DNA of 63,379 nt, filler included, from Octopus bimaculoides (taxonomy: Eukaryota): NCBI RefSeq assembly GCF_001194135.2. It is 5 parts of 5 records of this genome, joined end to end, with 100 filler letters (N's around TTAATTAATTAA, not from the genome) between each part and the next. Parts side by side here need not be neighbours in the genome. Positions count along the whole stretch, not along the records: positions 36,047 to 54,791 come from NC_068986.1; positions 54,892 to 61,042 come from NC_068985.1; 3 more parts are not named here. One strand, written 5' to 3'. The notes beneath the pieces were generated by a model that made no database searches, was not told the origin of the DNA, and saw nothing but the letters and a program-made list of their open reading frames with translations. The position numbers were made by a program, and so were the translations under genes. Below, one piece after another: positions 47,496-61,042 of this stretch (the stretch's first letter is position 1; each line of letters begins with the position of its first letter).

Positions 47496-48544
47496 CCATA
47501 ACACTCGACTCTTAGCACCAAGCCCTGTTTTGAAATTTTCATCTGCGCCATCATACATGCATACATACACACATACATACATGCATACATACATACATAC
47601 ATACATACATACATACATACATACATACATACATACATGTACATCCATACAGGCTTTAGCTTCCCTTTGTAACATGCATTATACTTATTTGGAGTGTTTT
47701 TATTGTTTTTTCTATCTATCTTAAACCTACCGATCCATCTCCCACTCCCATGTTATAACACAACTCTAAAATACTGTATCTACACAAAAAATAACTACTG
47801 ATTTATTGGAACTATTGTATTGATGATAATATACTATTATGTACGTTAATAATGCGCTTTCTGAAGCAATGCTAATTTTAACAATCAATACTTGCACTGT
47901 TGATAGGTAAACAGTTATATATTAATACTGTATACACCCTCTCTAATCCCTTTCATTTTCCACTATTCCTTCCTTAGATTTTCCAAATCTAACATTGATA
48001 TATATTCATGTCCCAACAGATTTACTTTTAGTTAAATGTACACGTGGTTAACCAGATTATTTATTTTCATTTATATGACATTGTACTCATAATCCTTACA
48101 CACATTTCCCCTTACTACTTATACCCCTTCCATTATTTTTCATCCCATAATACATTTTATTAGATATAGTTCGAGGTTTTCTTTAATTTTTTTTTTACCT
48201 TAGTTTCTACAATTTAGATATTTATACCCACCTTAATTTTAATCATTATTTGCAAGATTTACCCTTGTACACTTAACTACAAGGAGACAACTACTGTGAA
48301 GCAAACCGTCACAATAAAAAAATTATTATCGCATTACCTGTTTAAATCGCTCCATTCCAATTACTGCAAGCCTACACATTCTTCTTTTATTGTGAAGTGC
48401 ATGCCACTTCTGCTCTAAATATTTTTAATATAGCCATTTTAAACACACTGTCATCATTAGTTGCACAAGAAACACGCAAAGAGCACGTTATAGTTATTAG
48501 ATTTCTGTCAATCTATTATAATATTCGGCTACTGTCCATTATAG

Positions 48545-48745
48545 CTATGGAATAAAATCGAAGACAACCTGCTGTACATAAATATTAGTCGTAAGACGGT
48601 TCTCTTATGGAAAGAAATCGAAAACAATCTGTTATACATACATATTCGTGAGGATATGATAAACTATGGAGCGAAATCGACGAAAATCTATTATAATATA
48701 TACTAGTCGTAGGTTGATTGATAAACTATGGAACGAAACTAGACA
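48545..48745 (+). repeat. Degenerate ~60-bp tandem repeat, about 3.3 copies
   Basis: (c/t)tatgga..gaaatcga..a(c)aatct recurs at 48545, 48605, 48664 and 48726. Confidence 0.7.
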
Positions 48746-49406
48746 TTTTATGCATTTAACATCCATATTATTTATACTGACTGATAAATAACTTTAGATT
48801 AAGTATATATATATATATATATACTTTTCAGCTTTCAGTCGTCGTAAAGTTATCATTGGTATTAACGTATATATTTTTAAGTGCATCGCTCACTTTTATC
48901 GTATTTTTTTTAACGCCCACTGTGTAAATTTTTTTTAAACACATCAGAACCTAATAAGGATTACATAAATTACAACAGCAGTAAATATATTTATATACAT
49001 ATATATTCATATATAGATAAACTAANNNNNNNNNNNNNNNNNNNNNNNNNNNNNNNNNNNNNNNNNNNNNNNNNNNNNNNNNNNNNNNNNNNNNNNNNNN
49101 NNNNNNNNNNNNNNNNNNNNNNNNNNNNNNNNNNNNNNNNNNNNNNNNNNNNNNNNNNNNNNNNNNNNNNNNNNNNNNNNNNNNNNNNNNNNNNNNNNNN
49201 NNNNNNNNNNNNNNNNNNNNNNNNNNNNNNNNNNNNNNNNNNNNNNNNNNNNNNNNNNNNNNNNNNNNNNNNNNNNNNNNNNNNNNNNNNNNNNNNNNNN
49301 NNNNNNNNNNNNNNNNNNNNNNNNNNNNNNNNNNNNNNNNNNNNNNNNNNNNTTATACTGACTGATAAATAACTTTAGATTAAGTATATATATATATATA
49401 TATACT

Positions 49407-49565
49407 TTATTAATAAAGCTGCAAAGACAACACAAAAGCTGTTACTCAGAGTTTCACGTTCCCTTTCGTCGGACAGTTTTGGTTGAAAATCTCAACCAAA
49501 ACTGTCCGACGAACGGTGATATGAAAATAACAGTTTTTGTGATGTCTTTGCATCTTTATTAATAA
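49407..49565. mobile_element. 159-bp foldback with a head-to-head pair of hammerhead-like motifs
   Basis: Perfect 22-bp arms at 49465-49486 and 49492-49513 around a 5-nt loop; imperfect pairing extends to 49407/49565. Minus strand 49439-49476 reads CTGT-CCGACGA-AAGGGAACGT-GAAA-CTC-T-GAG-TA-ACAG. Confidence 0.75.
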
Positions 49566-51242
49566 CAGTGTAGCCAAACGGCGGTGCTCCAGCATGGCCA
49601 CAGCTATGAGCTGAAACTACAAATAAAAAAAAGCATATTACTCTACCTCCAGTATTCGGGTACTTTTTTTTCAATCTTGTTTCACATTTATATGCTTACT
49701 CTAGGATATATATATACGCGTATACACGTATATGTACATTTATATGTACATATATTTATCTATATACTTATGTATATCTATATATATAGTTATATGCATG
49801 TATATACACAGATATATATGCATATATATGCAAACATATACACGAGCACATGTACACACGTACACAAATATGTAATCACAGGCATATATATGCACACACA
49901 CACAGACACACACTAATATACTCATACATTTATGTATATATATATACATATATGTGTATGTATACACAGACATATTTTATATATTTATAAACATATATCA
50001 CGTACGTATGTACAAGCATACGTACGCACATGAATGAATGTATACATACGAAATGAATGAATATATACATACGAAAGATTCCCATAAGATTTCTATCAGC
50101 AAAATTTTTCCCACACTATATTGGTCAAGCTGAGACTATAGTTTCGATGAAGCAAAAGTGTTCCCTACTTCAGATTTAATATCAATCACGTGTCGATTTT
50201 GCCTTTCATCCTTTCGGAGTCGATAAAATAAGTACTAGTTGAGGACTGGGATCGATTTAATCGACTAAACTCTTCCTCTGGAGTTGCTGGCTTTGTACTT
50301 ATGGTAGAAAAGATTTTTATCATTATTGTTAAGGCGGCGAGCAAAGCATTTTGTCCCGTGTGCTTCACAATTCTGCCAGCGAACCGCCTTAATAATGATA
50401 ATCTTTTCTACTATAGGTACAAGGCCTGAAATTTGGGAACTGGGNNNNNNNNNNNNNNNNNNNNNNNNNNNNNNNNNNNNNNNNNNNNNNNNNNNNNNNN
50501 NNNNNNNNNNNNNNNNNNNNNNNNNNNNNNNNNNNNNNNNNNNNNNNNNNNNNNNNNNNNNNNNNNNNNNNNNNNNNNNNNNNNNNNNNNNNNNNNNNNN
50601 NNNNNNNNNNNNNNNNNNNNNNNNNNNNNNNNNNNNNNNNNNNNNNNNNNNNNNNNNNNNNNNNCTTAACTGGTACTTATTTAATCGAGCCCGAAAAGAT
50701 GAAAGGCCAAGTCGACCTCGGGGGAATTTGAAGTCAGAACGTAAAGACGGACGAAATGCCGCTAAGCATTTTACCCAGCGTGCTGACGATTCTGCCATAC
50801 CAACAACAACGATATAAACAGCAACAACAATAATACTCTCTTTCGTTAACTACAAAGTATTGCTAAAAAAATATGGAGGACAGTCACAACTATACAGTAT
50901 GGGATTACATAAATCAAGATAAATCACAAAATCAAAAAAAAAAAAAAATCAAAAGAAAACTTTCTCCAAAGCAGAAGGGAGATTTTCGAAAGCTACACTT
51001 TTCGAAGCCCTGTTCATGTTTCGAAACCATGTTCTAAAATCTTCACAGCCTTGGTTTTTTATCGCATTCTGAAAAATAATTTTTTTATATACACATGCTG
51101 ATTTATGACCTACGTTGGACTCCTTATTCGCATAATCACCAAACCTGGAGCTTAACTATCGTTTATCCATAGCGCTTACTCAGCATTACCTGACACTTTT
51201 GGCTCTTATTGACACTTTTACCTCCCATAACCTCTACATATA

Positions 51243-51278
<36 letters not shown>

Positions 51279-51325
51279 TGTATATATATATACACACCCA
51301 CACATATACATGATATGATATGTGT

Positions 51326-51380
<55 letters not shown>

Positions 51381-51539
51381 ACATACATACTTGCAGTTGG
51401 TCCGTGCAAATATTTCTCCAAAGTATATGCAAAATTGCTAAAAATACTCTGTTAATCATGTTCTATATATAATGCTTATGTGTAATGCAGCCATCTAATA
51501 AAACAGAAAAAAAATTCTTGTAATGTATTAGTGTGCCTT

Positions 51540-52335
51540 TTTTAATATGTCGTTGAGACCAAAGTGGAAATCGTCATTTTTTCAATAGATGTCCATGAGT
51601 TCTGAGTTCTAATAATTCTATGTAAAATGTCCTCGTCGAGAATTGCATCCCTGTTTAATATAACTCCAAATTTCGTTATATCAAGAATTAATAGGGGCTT
51701 TTCAAGAAAGGGCTGATTAAGGATAACAGCTTTATTGAGATTTATTGCAAGAACTAACATGTTACATACAAATGAAAGTTTATCGATAAGACTTTGAAGT
51801 TCTTTTTCATTGTATATTACAATATCACAGTAGCCGGCATCCAAGAGGTCTCTTATTAAGAATATAAAACATGTGTCAGAATCCAGCCATCTGAGGTTGA
51901 ATGATGTAGCAGTTGTGCAATAATGCATGTAAATACCCAATGAACAGTTTTTGAAAGCTATCGGACAAAAAACTATTGCGAAATATATGTTAATATTGTA
52001 GGAGCAATTATATCCCCTTATTTCATACCATTAATGATTGAAAATTAATCTGATCATTTTTCACCATTTACAATACATGCTCTCGGATCTTCATGAAAGT
52101 GCTTGATAATATTTGTAAATATGCCAGAACAATTAATTTTTATGAGAATTGTCCATGGCGCATTAGGGTCGCTGAATCGAATACCTCAGTGAGGTTAAAA
52201 AATGGTAAAGGTCAAGTCTCTGCTTAATGTATTTCTCTTGTCGCTGAACATCATGTCATTGATTTTTTTTCTCAGAGCGAAAATGTGATTGAGACTCAGG
52301 AAGAAGGGATATTCCAACATGTTGAATGAACCTGT
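51540..52335 (-). mobile_element. Decayed RTE-clade LINE reverse-transcriptase fragment
   Basis: Frameshifted minus-strand peptides: ILPESQSHFRS; WTILIKINCSGIFTNIIKHFHED; IIAPT; RDLLDAGYCDIV..EKELQSLIDKLSFVCNMLVLAINLNK..NQP (decayed YADDC motif). Confidence 0.65.
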
Positions 52336-53044
52336 CAAGAATAATTTTGCTCAATATTTTCCCTGACAAAATAGTTAGTACGTCAGGCAAGATGTTTAGC
52401 GACATTTCGTTCGTCTTCATGTTCTGAGTTCAAATTCCGCCAAGGTTTACTTTGTCTTTCATCCTTTTAGGGTCGATAAAATAAGTACCAGTTGGACATT
52501 TGGGTCCACTTAATTAATTTGGCCCCTCACTAAAAGATGCCGGCCTTGTGCCAAATTTGAGGAGAGAAATTCTTTGAGAATTACCGTATATGTCTTCACT
52601 ACCTTTTCTTGTGTACAAAACTTTCATCGGCGCATCTCTCCTACTGAGAGAGACTGTAATATTTTCCCATAGACTGTACATAAGTTTAAACTGACGGTCC
52701 AGAAACCTTTTTTTTTAAATTTCAGAATGTCTACCAGAATATCATTAATCCTGGAACTTTTTCCAATTTTTAAGTTTACACAACACAAATCTTACCTCAT
52801 AAAAAATGGATGGAATACCAAAAAAGTATTTAAATGACAATTTCTGAACGAGTTCTAAAGGATCAGTCAATTCATGATTTAGCAGAACAAGAAAATATTT
52901 TTGCTACTATTAAGTGAAATTGTTTTGGTCTTAAATAAGGATTTTGTTATCCATAAACCTAATTGAAGAAAAGCAATTGAGCGAGTACCATAAACGTAAT
53001 TTTAATAGAATAAAGTTCTGAATATCTCCTTTGTCGTGAAGGAA

Positions 53045-53350
53045 GCGAGCTGGTAGAATCGTTAGTATGTCTGTCAATGCTTCGCAACATTTCGTCCGCC
53101 TTTACGTTCTAAGTTCTAATTCCGCCGGGATCGACTTTGCTTTCATCCCAGTTGCTGGTCTTGTGCCAAAATTTGAAATCATTATCCTTCCTGTCATAAG
53201 GCAAAATGCTCAGCGGCATTTCGGTCGTCGCTACGTTCTGAGTTCAAATTCCACCGACGTCGACTTTGCCTTTCATCCTTTCGAGGTCGATGTAATCGAC
53301 TAACCCCTCCCCAAAACTGCTGACCTTGTGTTAAAGTTCGAAACCAATAT
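53045..53350 (+). mobile_element. Two tandem SINE family F units
   Basis: Repeated gttctaag/gagttcaaattcc..gtcgactttgc module. Confidence 0.7.
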
Positions 53351-54344
53351 ACTTTCTGTCATATGCTTCTAAAGATTACAGGTACATTNNNNNNNNNNNN
53401 NNNNNNNNNNNNNNNNNNNNNNNNNNNNNNNNNNNNNNNNNNNNNNNNNNNNNNNNNNNNNNNNNNNNNNNNNNNNNNNNNNNNNNNNNNNNNNNNNNNN
53501 NNNNNNNNNNNNNNNNNNNNNNNNNNNNNNNNNNNNNNNNNNNNNNNNNNNNNNNNNNNNNNNNNNNNNNNNNNNNNNNNNNNNNNNNNNNNNNNNNNNN
53601 NNNNNNNNNNNNNNNNNNNNNNNNNNNNNNNNNNNNNNNNNNNNNNNNNNNNNNNNNNNNNNNNNNNNNNNNNNNNNNNNNNNNNNNNNNNNNNNNNNNN
53701 NNNNNNNNNNNNNNNNNNNNNNNNNNNNNNNNNNNNNNNNNNNNNNNNNNNNNNNNNNNNNNNNNNNNNNNNNNNNNNNNNNNNNNNNNNNNNNNNNNNN
53801 NNNNNNNNNNNNNNNNNNNNNNNNNNNNNNNNNNNNNNNNNNNNNNNNNNNNNNNNNNNNNNNNNNNNNNNNNNNNNNNNNNNNNNNNNNNNNNNNNNNN
53901 NNNNNNNNNNNNNNNNNNNNNNNNNNNNNNNNNNNNNNNNNNNNNNNNNNNNNNNNNNNNNNNNNNNNNNNNNNNNNNNNNNNNNNNNNNNNNNNNNNNN
54001 NNNNNNNNNNNNNNNNNNNNNNNNNNNNNNNNNNNNNNNNNNNNNNNNNNNNNNNNNNNNNNNNNNNNNNNNNNNNNNNNNNNNNNNNNNNNNNNNNNNN
54101 NNNNNNNNNNNNNNNNNNNNNNNNNNNNNNNNNNNNNNNNNNNNNNNNNNNNNNNNNNNNNNNNNNNNNNNNNNNNNNNNNNNNNNNNNNNNNNNNNNNN
54201 NNNNNNNNNNNNNNNNNNNNNNNNNNNNNNNNNNNNNNNNNNNNNNNNNNNNNNNNNNNNNNNNNNNNNNNNNNNNNNNNNNNNNNNNNNNNNNNNNNNN
54301 NNNNNNNNNNNNNNNNNNNNNNNNNNNNNNNNNNNNNNNNNNNN

Positions 54345-54389
<45 letters not shown>

Positions 54390-54743
54390 ACGTGTTTGCG
54401 TACATTTCTTAGAAAGATCGATGAAATTTATATAACTGACTTCATGTCAACAACTCCGTTTTCATGGACGTATGAAATACAATACCGTTTACTTGGATAA
54501 ACAATTAAACGTTAGCCTCAGAAAGAGCAAGCAAAGAAAACCGAACTTACACGAAGAAATGCATACATAAACACACATATACAAACATACATACATACAT
54601 ACATACATACATAGATACATACATACATGCATACATACATACATACATACATAGACAGACAGATAGACAGTTAGATATAGATGAAGATATAAATATTACG
54701 TGAACGATATTTTGAAAAGTAAACACTTTAATCTTTAATTTCA

Positions 54744-54791
<48 letters not shown>

Positions 54792-54891
54792 NNNNNNNNN
54801 NNNNNNNNNNNNNNNNNNNNNNNNNNNNNNNNNNNTTAATTAATTAANNNNNNNNNNNNNNNNNNNNNNNNNNNNNNNNNNNNNNNNNNNN
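54792..54891. other. Artificial scaffold join (44 N + TTAATTAATTAA + 44 N)
   Basis: Same layout as the other joins. Confidence 0.95.
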
Positions 54892-54920
54892 TATATATAT
54901 ATATATACATAATATATAAA

Positions 54921-54952
<32 letters not shown>

Positions 54953-55527
54953 CATATATATATATGTATACAGTTATATACATGTATACACATATGTATA
55001 CACACACACATTAATACTTACATACATATAGTACATATAGATACATACATATAATATATGTATGTATGTATGTATGTATGCATGTATGTATGTATGTATG
55101 TATTTGTACGCGTGTGTATGTACGAGTACAAGACACATTTAATCTCACCAGACGAATCAGATTTTATATGGGATGGGTCTTTGAACTCTAATGTTCTGTT
55201 TTGCAAGAAATCAAGTTACACATAGCTTACACGCATGCATTTGCGCCGGGGCGGTGAGGGAGAAGAACGAAACGTGTGCATCATCTTAGATTTAAATAAG
55301 CAATATTTAAAGAATAAGGTGGATCAGTTCAATACGTATATGAGGTTAGCAAACTATTTAGATTTGAAGTGTTTTCCTTTTAACAAAACAATTCGAACTG
55401 CGTGGCGTCCTTAGGTATAGTGAAAGCGTAGTGTCTCCATTATTCTTTATCGATTCTTGTATAAAAATATCAACTTCAGAGTGCGCGATGTATTCTTCTG
55501 TGTTTAATATTTACAGTGAGAAAGGTC

Positions 55528-56380
55528 GGCGAGCTGGCAGAAACGTTAGCACGCCGGGCGAAATGCTTAGCGGTATTTCGTCTGCCGTTACGTTCTGAGT
55601 TCAAATTCCGCCGACGTCGACTTTGCCTTTCATCCTTTCGGGGTCGATAAATTAAGTACCAGTTACGCACTGGGGTCGATGTAATCGACTTAATCCGTTC
55701 GTCTGTTCTTGTTTGTTCCCTCTATGTTTAGCCCCTTGTGGGCAATAACGAAATAGGTATTTCGTCTGCCGTTACGTTCTGAGTTCAAATTCCGCCGACG
55801 TCGACTTTGCCTTTCATCCTTTCGAGGTCGATTAAATAAGTACCAGCTACCCACTAGGGTCGATGTAATCGCCTTAATCCGTTTGTTTGACCTTGTTTGT
55901 CCCCTCTATGTTTAGCCCCTTGTGGGCAGCAATAAAGAAATAAGAAACATTAGCACACCGGGCGAAATGTTTAGCGGTATTTCGTCTGTCTTTACGTTCT
56001 GAGTTCAAATTCCGCAGAGGTCGACTTTACCTTTCATCCTTTCGGGGTGGATAAATTAAGTACCAGTTGCGTTACTGGGTTCGATCTAATCGACTAGCCC
56101 CCTTCCCCAAAATTTCGGGTCTTGTGCCTAGAGTAGAAAAGAATATTTATAGTGACGAAAAGCGGTGAGATGGAAGAATCGTTAGCACGCCGGGCAAAAA
56201 TACTCAGCGGTATTTCGTTCGTCTTTACGTCCCGAGTTCAATTCCCGCCGAGGTTGACTTTGCCTTTCACTCTTTCGGGGTCGATTAAATAGGTACCAGC
56301 TGAGTACTAGGATCAATTTGCCCTAAATTACCCACTTGCCGAAAATTGTTGGCCTTTTGCCAAAATATGAAACTAATATT
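55528..56380 (+). mobile_element. Nested/tandem array of four SINE family F units
   Basis: Units start at 55528, 55756, 55944 and ~56162; units 2 and 3 resume at internal head positions. Confidence 0.85.
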
Positions 56381-56457
56381 TATAGTGAGGTCTTGTGTCG
56401 TATTCTTCCTGTTAAATGGAACACAGTTATCATATCCCTTTTGTTAGATATTTTCCA

Positions 56458-56513
56458 GATATCTGAAGAAGACCTGCCTATTTCACAAGGTCGTACGGGC
56501 CACGTGTAATATC
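56458..56513 (+). ncRNA. Hammerhead-like motif with mutated GAAA
   Basis: GATAT-CTGAAGA-A-GACC-(14 nt)-GGTC-GTAC-GGGCCACGT-GTA-ATATC: 5-bp stem I, 4-bp stem II and GUA triplet, but GAAAC is replaced by GTAC. Confidence 0.45.
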
Positions 56514-56954
56514 CAATCACCAGTGCAGTTCGACGGGTTCACAGCTGAGCCAGATATCGATTACATCACCATGATATAAATAATTAAGGTTCTAAGGAAG
56601 CAGCTTACCACCATTATGATGGAGGAGCACCATAGAATCGAACCTATGTTTCGTTAATTTTCAGTGTTATATTTAAAATTTCTCATGGATGTGGCTTGAT
56701 GGCGATGGCCGTCGTTATAATAGATTCCCTAAAATTTACTCGATGGGAATGAAGACGTTTTCATGTGATACTTTCACGATGACTTAAGGGACTCCACTCA
56801 CATATATGAACTACCAAGATAGTTATATCTTCTGTAGCTTTATTCAGTATCACAGAAAATCCTGACGAAATAATGTAGAGAGCTTCTTAGTGCGGAGAGA
56901 GACTCACATATTCATTCCATATACATTTCAGTTGAATTACACAGCAGCAGTTGT

Positions 56955-57249
56955 TGTTGTTGGCACTCCGTCGCTTACGACGTTGAGGGTTCCAGTTGAT
57001 CCGATCAACGGAACAGCCTGCTCGTGAAATTAACGTGCAAGTGGCTGAGCACTCCACAGACACGTGTACCCTTAACGTAGTTCTCGGGGAGATTCAGCGT
57101 GACACAGTGAGACAAGGCTGACCCTTTGAATTACAGGCACAACAGAAACTGGAAGTAAGAGTGAGAGAAAGTTGTGGTGGACGAGTACAGCAGGGTTCGC
57201 CACCATCCCTTGCCGGAGCCTCGTGGAGCTTTAGGTGTTTTCGCTCAAT
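56955..57249 (-). mobile_element. SINE family C copy truncated by an N-gap
   Basis: Closely matches 2086-2375. Confidence 0.85.
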
Positions 57250-57878
57250 NNNNNNNNNNNNNNNNNNNNNNNNNNNNNNNNNNNNNNNNNNNNNNNNNNN
57301 NNNNNNNNNNNNNNNNNNNNNNNNNNNNNNNNNNNNNNNNNNNNNNNNNNNNNNNNNNNNNNNNNNNNNNNNNNNNNNNNNNNNNNNNNNNNNNNNNNNN
57401 NNNNNNNNNNNNNNNNNNNNNNNNNNNNNNNNNNNNNNNNNNNNNNNNNNNNNNNNNNNNNNNNNNNNNNNNNNNNNNNNNNNNNNNNNNNNNNNNNNNN
57501 NNNNNNNNNNNNNNNNNNNNNNNNNNNNNNNNNNNNNNNNNNNNNNNNNNNNNNNNNNNNNNNNNNNNNNNNNNNNNNNNNNNNNNNNNNNNNNNNNNNN
57601 NNNNNNNNNNNNNNNNNNNNNNNNNNNNNNNNNNNNNNNNNNNNNNNNNNNNNNNNNNNNNNNNNNNNNNNNNNNNNNNNNNNNNNNNNNNNNNNNNNNN
57701 NNNNNNNNNNNNNNNNNNNNNNNNNNNNNNNNNNNNNNNNNNNNNNNNNNNNNNNNNNNNNNNNNNNNNNNNNNNNNNNNNNNNNNNNNNNNNNNNNNNN
57801 NNNNNNNNNNNNNNNNNNNNNNNNNNNNNNNNNNNNNNNNNNNNNNNNNNNNNNNNNNNNNNNNNNNNNNNNNNNNNN

Positions 57879-57997
57879 GGGTTCAGTCCCACTGCGTGGC
57901 ACCTTGGGCAAGTGTTTTCTACTATAGTCTCGGGCCTACCAAAGCCTTGTGAGTGGATTTGTTAGACGGAAACTGAAAGAAGCCCGTCGTATATATG

Positions 57998-58080
<83 letters not shown>

Positions 58081-58150
58081 ATATGTTTGTGTGTCTATGT
58101 TTGTCCCCCCAACATCGCTTGACAACCGATGCTGGTGTGTTTGCGTCCCC
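57879..58150 (+). mobile_element. SINE family A with an expanded internal (CA)n(TA)n(GT)n tract
   Basis: Body, compound microsatellite, then the 3' module. Confidence 0.8.
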
Positions 58151-58682
58151 GTATGTGTACGTGTGTGAGAGTGTGTGAGTGTGTATATAAATGGGTAGTA
58201 CAAGATGTGGATTCATAGAATCGTGTGGCTATTATAGAAAGCTCTTCTTAAGGACTTGTCTATCAGTCCACATTGTATACTTCTTGACTTTAGAAACATA
58301 CTGAAGATTGAAAGAATATTTATTGCTCTAAAGCTGGTACAGTACAATGGTGGCTGTTGTAGGAGCAGCTGGGCAGTGGATCTGCAGTTTAGAAATCTTT
58401 GAGTCACAGTTTTCTATATTCTTTTTATATATTGAATCTCAACCCAAAATAAATGTTTTCATATGGATCAATGAAAGCAGTGTAGATATAAGTAAAGTTT
58501 GTGGCGAGGAGGTAGGGGATATTTGAGACTAATGGAGTGATTGGGGAGGGGGGAGTCAAGATGCATGTTAAGTAGTCATACAAACCTCAACTGACCTCGG
58601 TTCATTGGCTTACATTAACATTAAAGCAGCGTTTGAATCACTGCCTCCCTTCCACACACACTCTCTCTCTTTCACTCTTTCA

Positions 58683-58756
<74 letters not shown>

Positions 58757-58863
58757 ACACACACACTCACACACATACGTATACATACACACGCAAACAA
58801 ACATACATTTATATATACATAAATACATAAGTATATATATGTACATATATATACATATATATC

Positions 58864-58922
<59 letters not shown>

Positions 58923-59185
58923 CAAGGTTTTTAACTTTTAAATTTGTATATTTAAAAGAGATAGAAACTTCAAACTCGACATATCCAAGATAGATTTATT
59001 TACCACTCTATGTTAACATTTCTGTGCCCAAACTTATCCAGTGACTGGTCCATTGGATTTCGACATTTGGCACTTCTTCGGGAGTGGCTACCATCGGAAC
59101 AAAACACGAAGAAACACATACATAACGATCATATTAAATTATTAAATTATTAAAATCCCGTTTCAGTCCACCATTTTCCCGTTAT

Positions 59186-59217
<32 letters not shown>

Positions 59218-59267
59218 TGCTATAACATCACATGATGTAAATGAGTGACACTGTCACACAAGTAAAG

Positions 59268-59301
<34 letters not shown>

Positions 59302-59463
59302 NNNNNNNNNNNNNNNNNNNNNNNNNNNNNNNNNNNNNNNNNNNNNNNNNNNNNNNNNNNNNNNNNNNNNNNNNNNNNNNNNNNNNNNNNNNNNNNNNNN
59401 NNNNNNNNNNNNNNNNNNNNNNNNNNNNNNNNNNNNNNNNNNNNNNNNNNNNNNNNNNNNNNN

Positions 59464-59501
<38 letters not shown>

Positions 59502-60297
59502 CATATATATAGGTACAAACGCACACACACACACACACACGCATATATATATTTATATATATATATCATCATTATTATTATTATCATATTATTATATTAT
59601 GAAAGGGAGAAGGATGTTTGAAGAGAGGTGATAAAAATATAACGAAAAGCACGAAAGAATAGAGAAGAGAGGAGTATGAAGGGATCGATTACGAAGAAAT
59701 TATAAACCACCAAATGAGGCGAAAGAGTGAGAAATTAAATTAGAGTTAGAGTGGGAGAGGGAGATAAAAAAAAAAGAACTACGGAGAATATAAACGCAAA
59801 TGATAGTGAAGAAAAGCAAGGAAATGGAAAGAGTGTATGTAGGAGGTAAATTGAAGAGGGCAGAGTAAAAGAATTAGATGTGGGAGGAGAAGGATATAAA
59901 GTATGTAAAGCCGGAGTGCCAAAGGAACAAGCTGACAGTGGAAAAAAGGACATCCGGAAGAGATAGGCTAGATGGCGACGAGGTCACGGGTTATGAGTGC
60001 GATTATGCCGAAGTGGACGGTGAAAACGAGGCGAAAGTGGCGAGAGAAAGCGAAGCGAAATAGAGAATACCGGAAGTGGGAAGATGTAGGGAATGAGAAT
60101 TGAAGAATAAAATAAAGGGATAGAAGGTTGGGAAGAGTGGATATATATACCGCGCAAGGCTAGAGGTTATCTGCATACTAGGAACAAGTTTCTTCGAATT
60201 CATGAAGTCTACAAACTGATTTAACGACAGAAACGTTTAACTGTTCTAGTTTTTGCATGTATTGCTTAATTCTTTTCTATATGGGTTATTTTATACC

Positions 60298-60575
60298 TGT
60301 GGAGGCGTAATGGCCCAGTGGTTAGGGCAGCGGACTCGCGGTCATAGGATCGCGGTTTCGATTCCCAGACCGGGCGTTGTGAGTGTTTATTGAGCGAAAA
60401 CACCTAAAGCTCCACGAGGCTCCGGCAGGGGAAGGTGGCGAACCCTGCTGTACTCTTTCATCACAACTTTCTCTCACTCTTACTTCCTGTTTCTGTTCTG
60501 CCTGTAATTCAAAGGGACAGCCTTGTCAGACTGTGTCCAAGAACCCTCGGCGTCGTAAGCGACGGAGTGCCAACA
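60298..60575 (+). mobile_element. SINE family C copy with an internal deletion in the 3' tail
   Basis: Head tgtggaggcgtaatggcccagtggttagggcagcggactcgcggtcataggatcgcggtttcgattccc; ends ggagtgccaacaac. Confidence 0.85.
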
Positions 60576-60827
60576 ACATTTTATACCTATCTTGGCTTAC
60601 CAGCTTCACAAAGAATTTTAAATTCATTAAATATATGGTAATATATGGTAATAAATATCCATATATGCAAGCGTAGCTGTGTGGTACGAGGATCACTTTT
60701 CAACCACATTGTTCTGGGACCAGTTCCATACAGAGCGTGACATATTCGACAAGTGTCTTCTACTATAGTCCTGGACCATCCAATGCCCTGTGAAGGAATT
60801 TGGTAAACGGAACCGATGTAAATCCCT

Positions 60828-60858
<31 letters not shown>

Positions 60859-60877
60859 GTGCACACACATATATATA

Positions 60878-60912
<35 letters not shown>

Positions 60913-61042
60913 TCTTTTATTTGTTTGTCATTTGACTGTGGATATGCTGGAGCACCGCGTTTAGTCGAGCACATCAACCCCAGGACTTATTCTTTGTAAG
61001 CCTAGTACTTATTCTATCGGTCGCTTTTGCCGAACCGCTAAG

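Noticed and set aside
47760-48330. AT-rich stretch as a mitochondrial insertion
   Set aside because: No recognisable mitochondrial protein, rRNA or tRNA motif seen.
59878-60063. Acidic ORF as the missing last SPT16 exon
   Set aside because: No SPT16 C-terminal motif, embedded in purine-rich low-complexity DNA, and three scaffold joins away from the gene.
60298-60372. Functional tRNA-Arg gene (also SINE heads at 2390-2464, 22288 and 22980)
   Set aside because: No pairing acceptor stem, and each continues into a repeated SINE body, so these are tRNA-derived heads.
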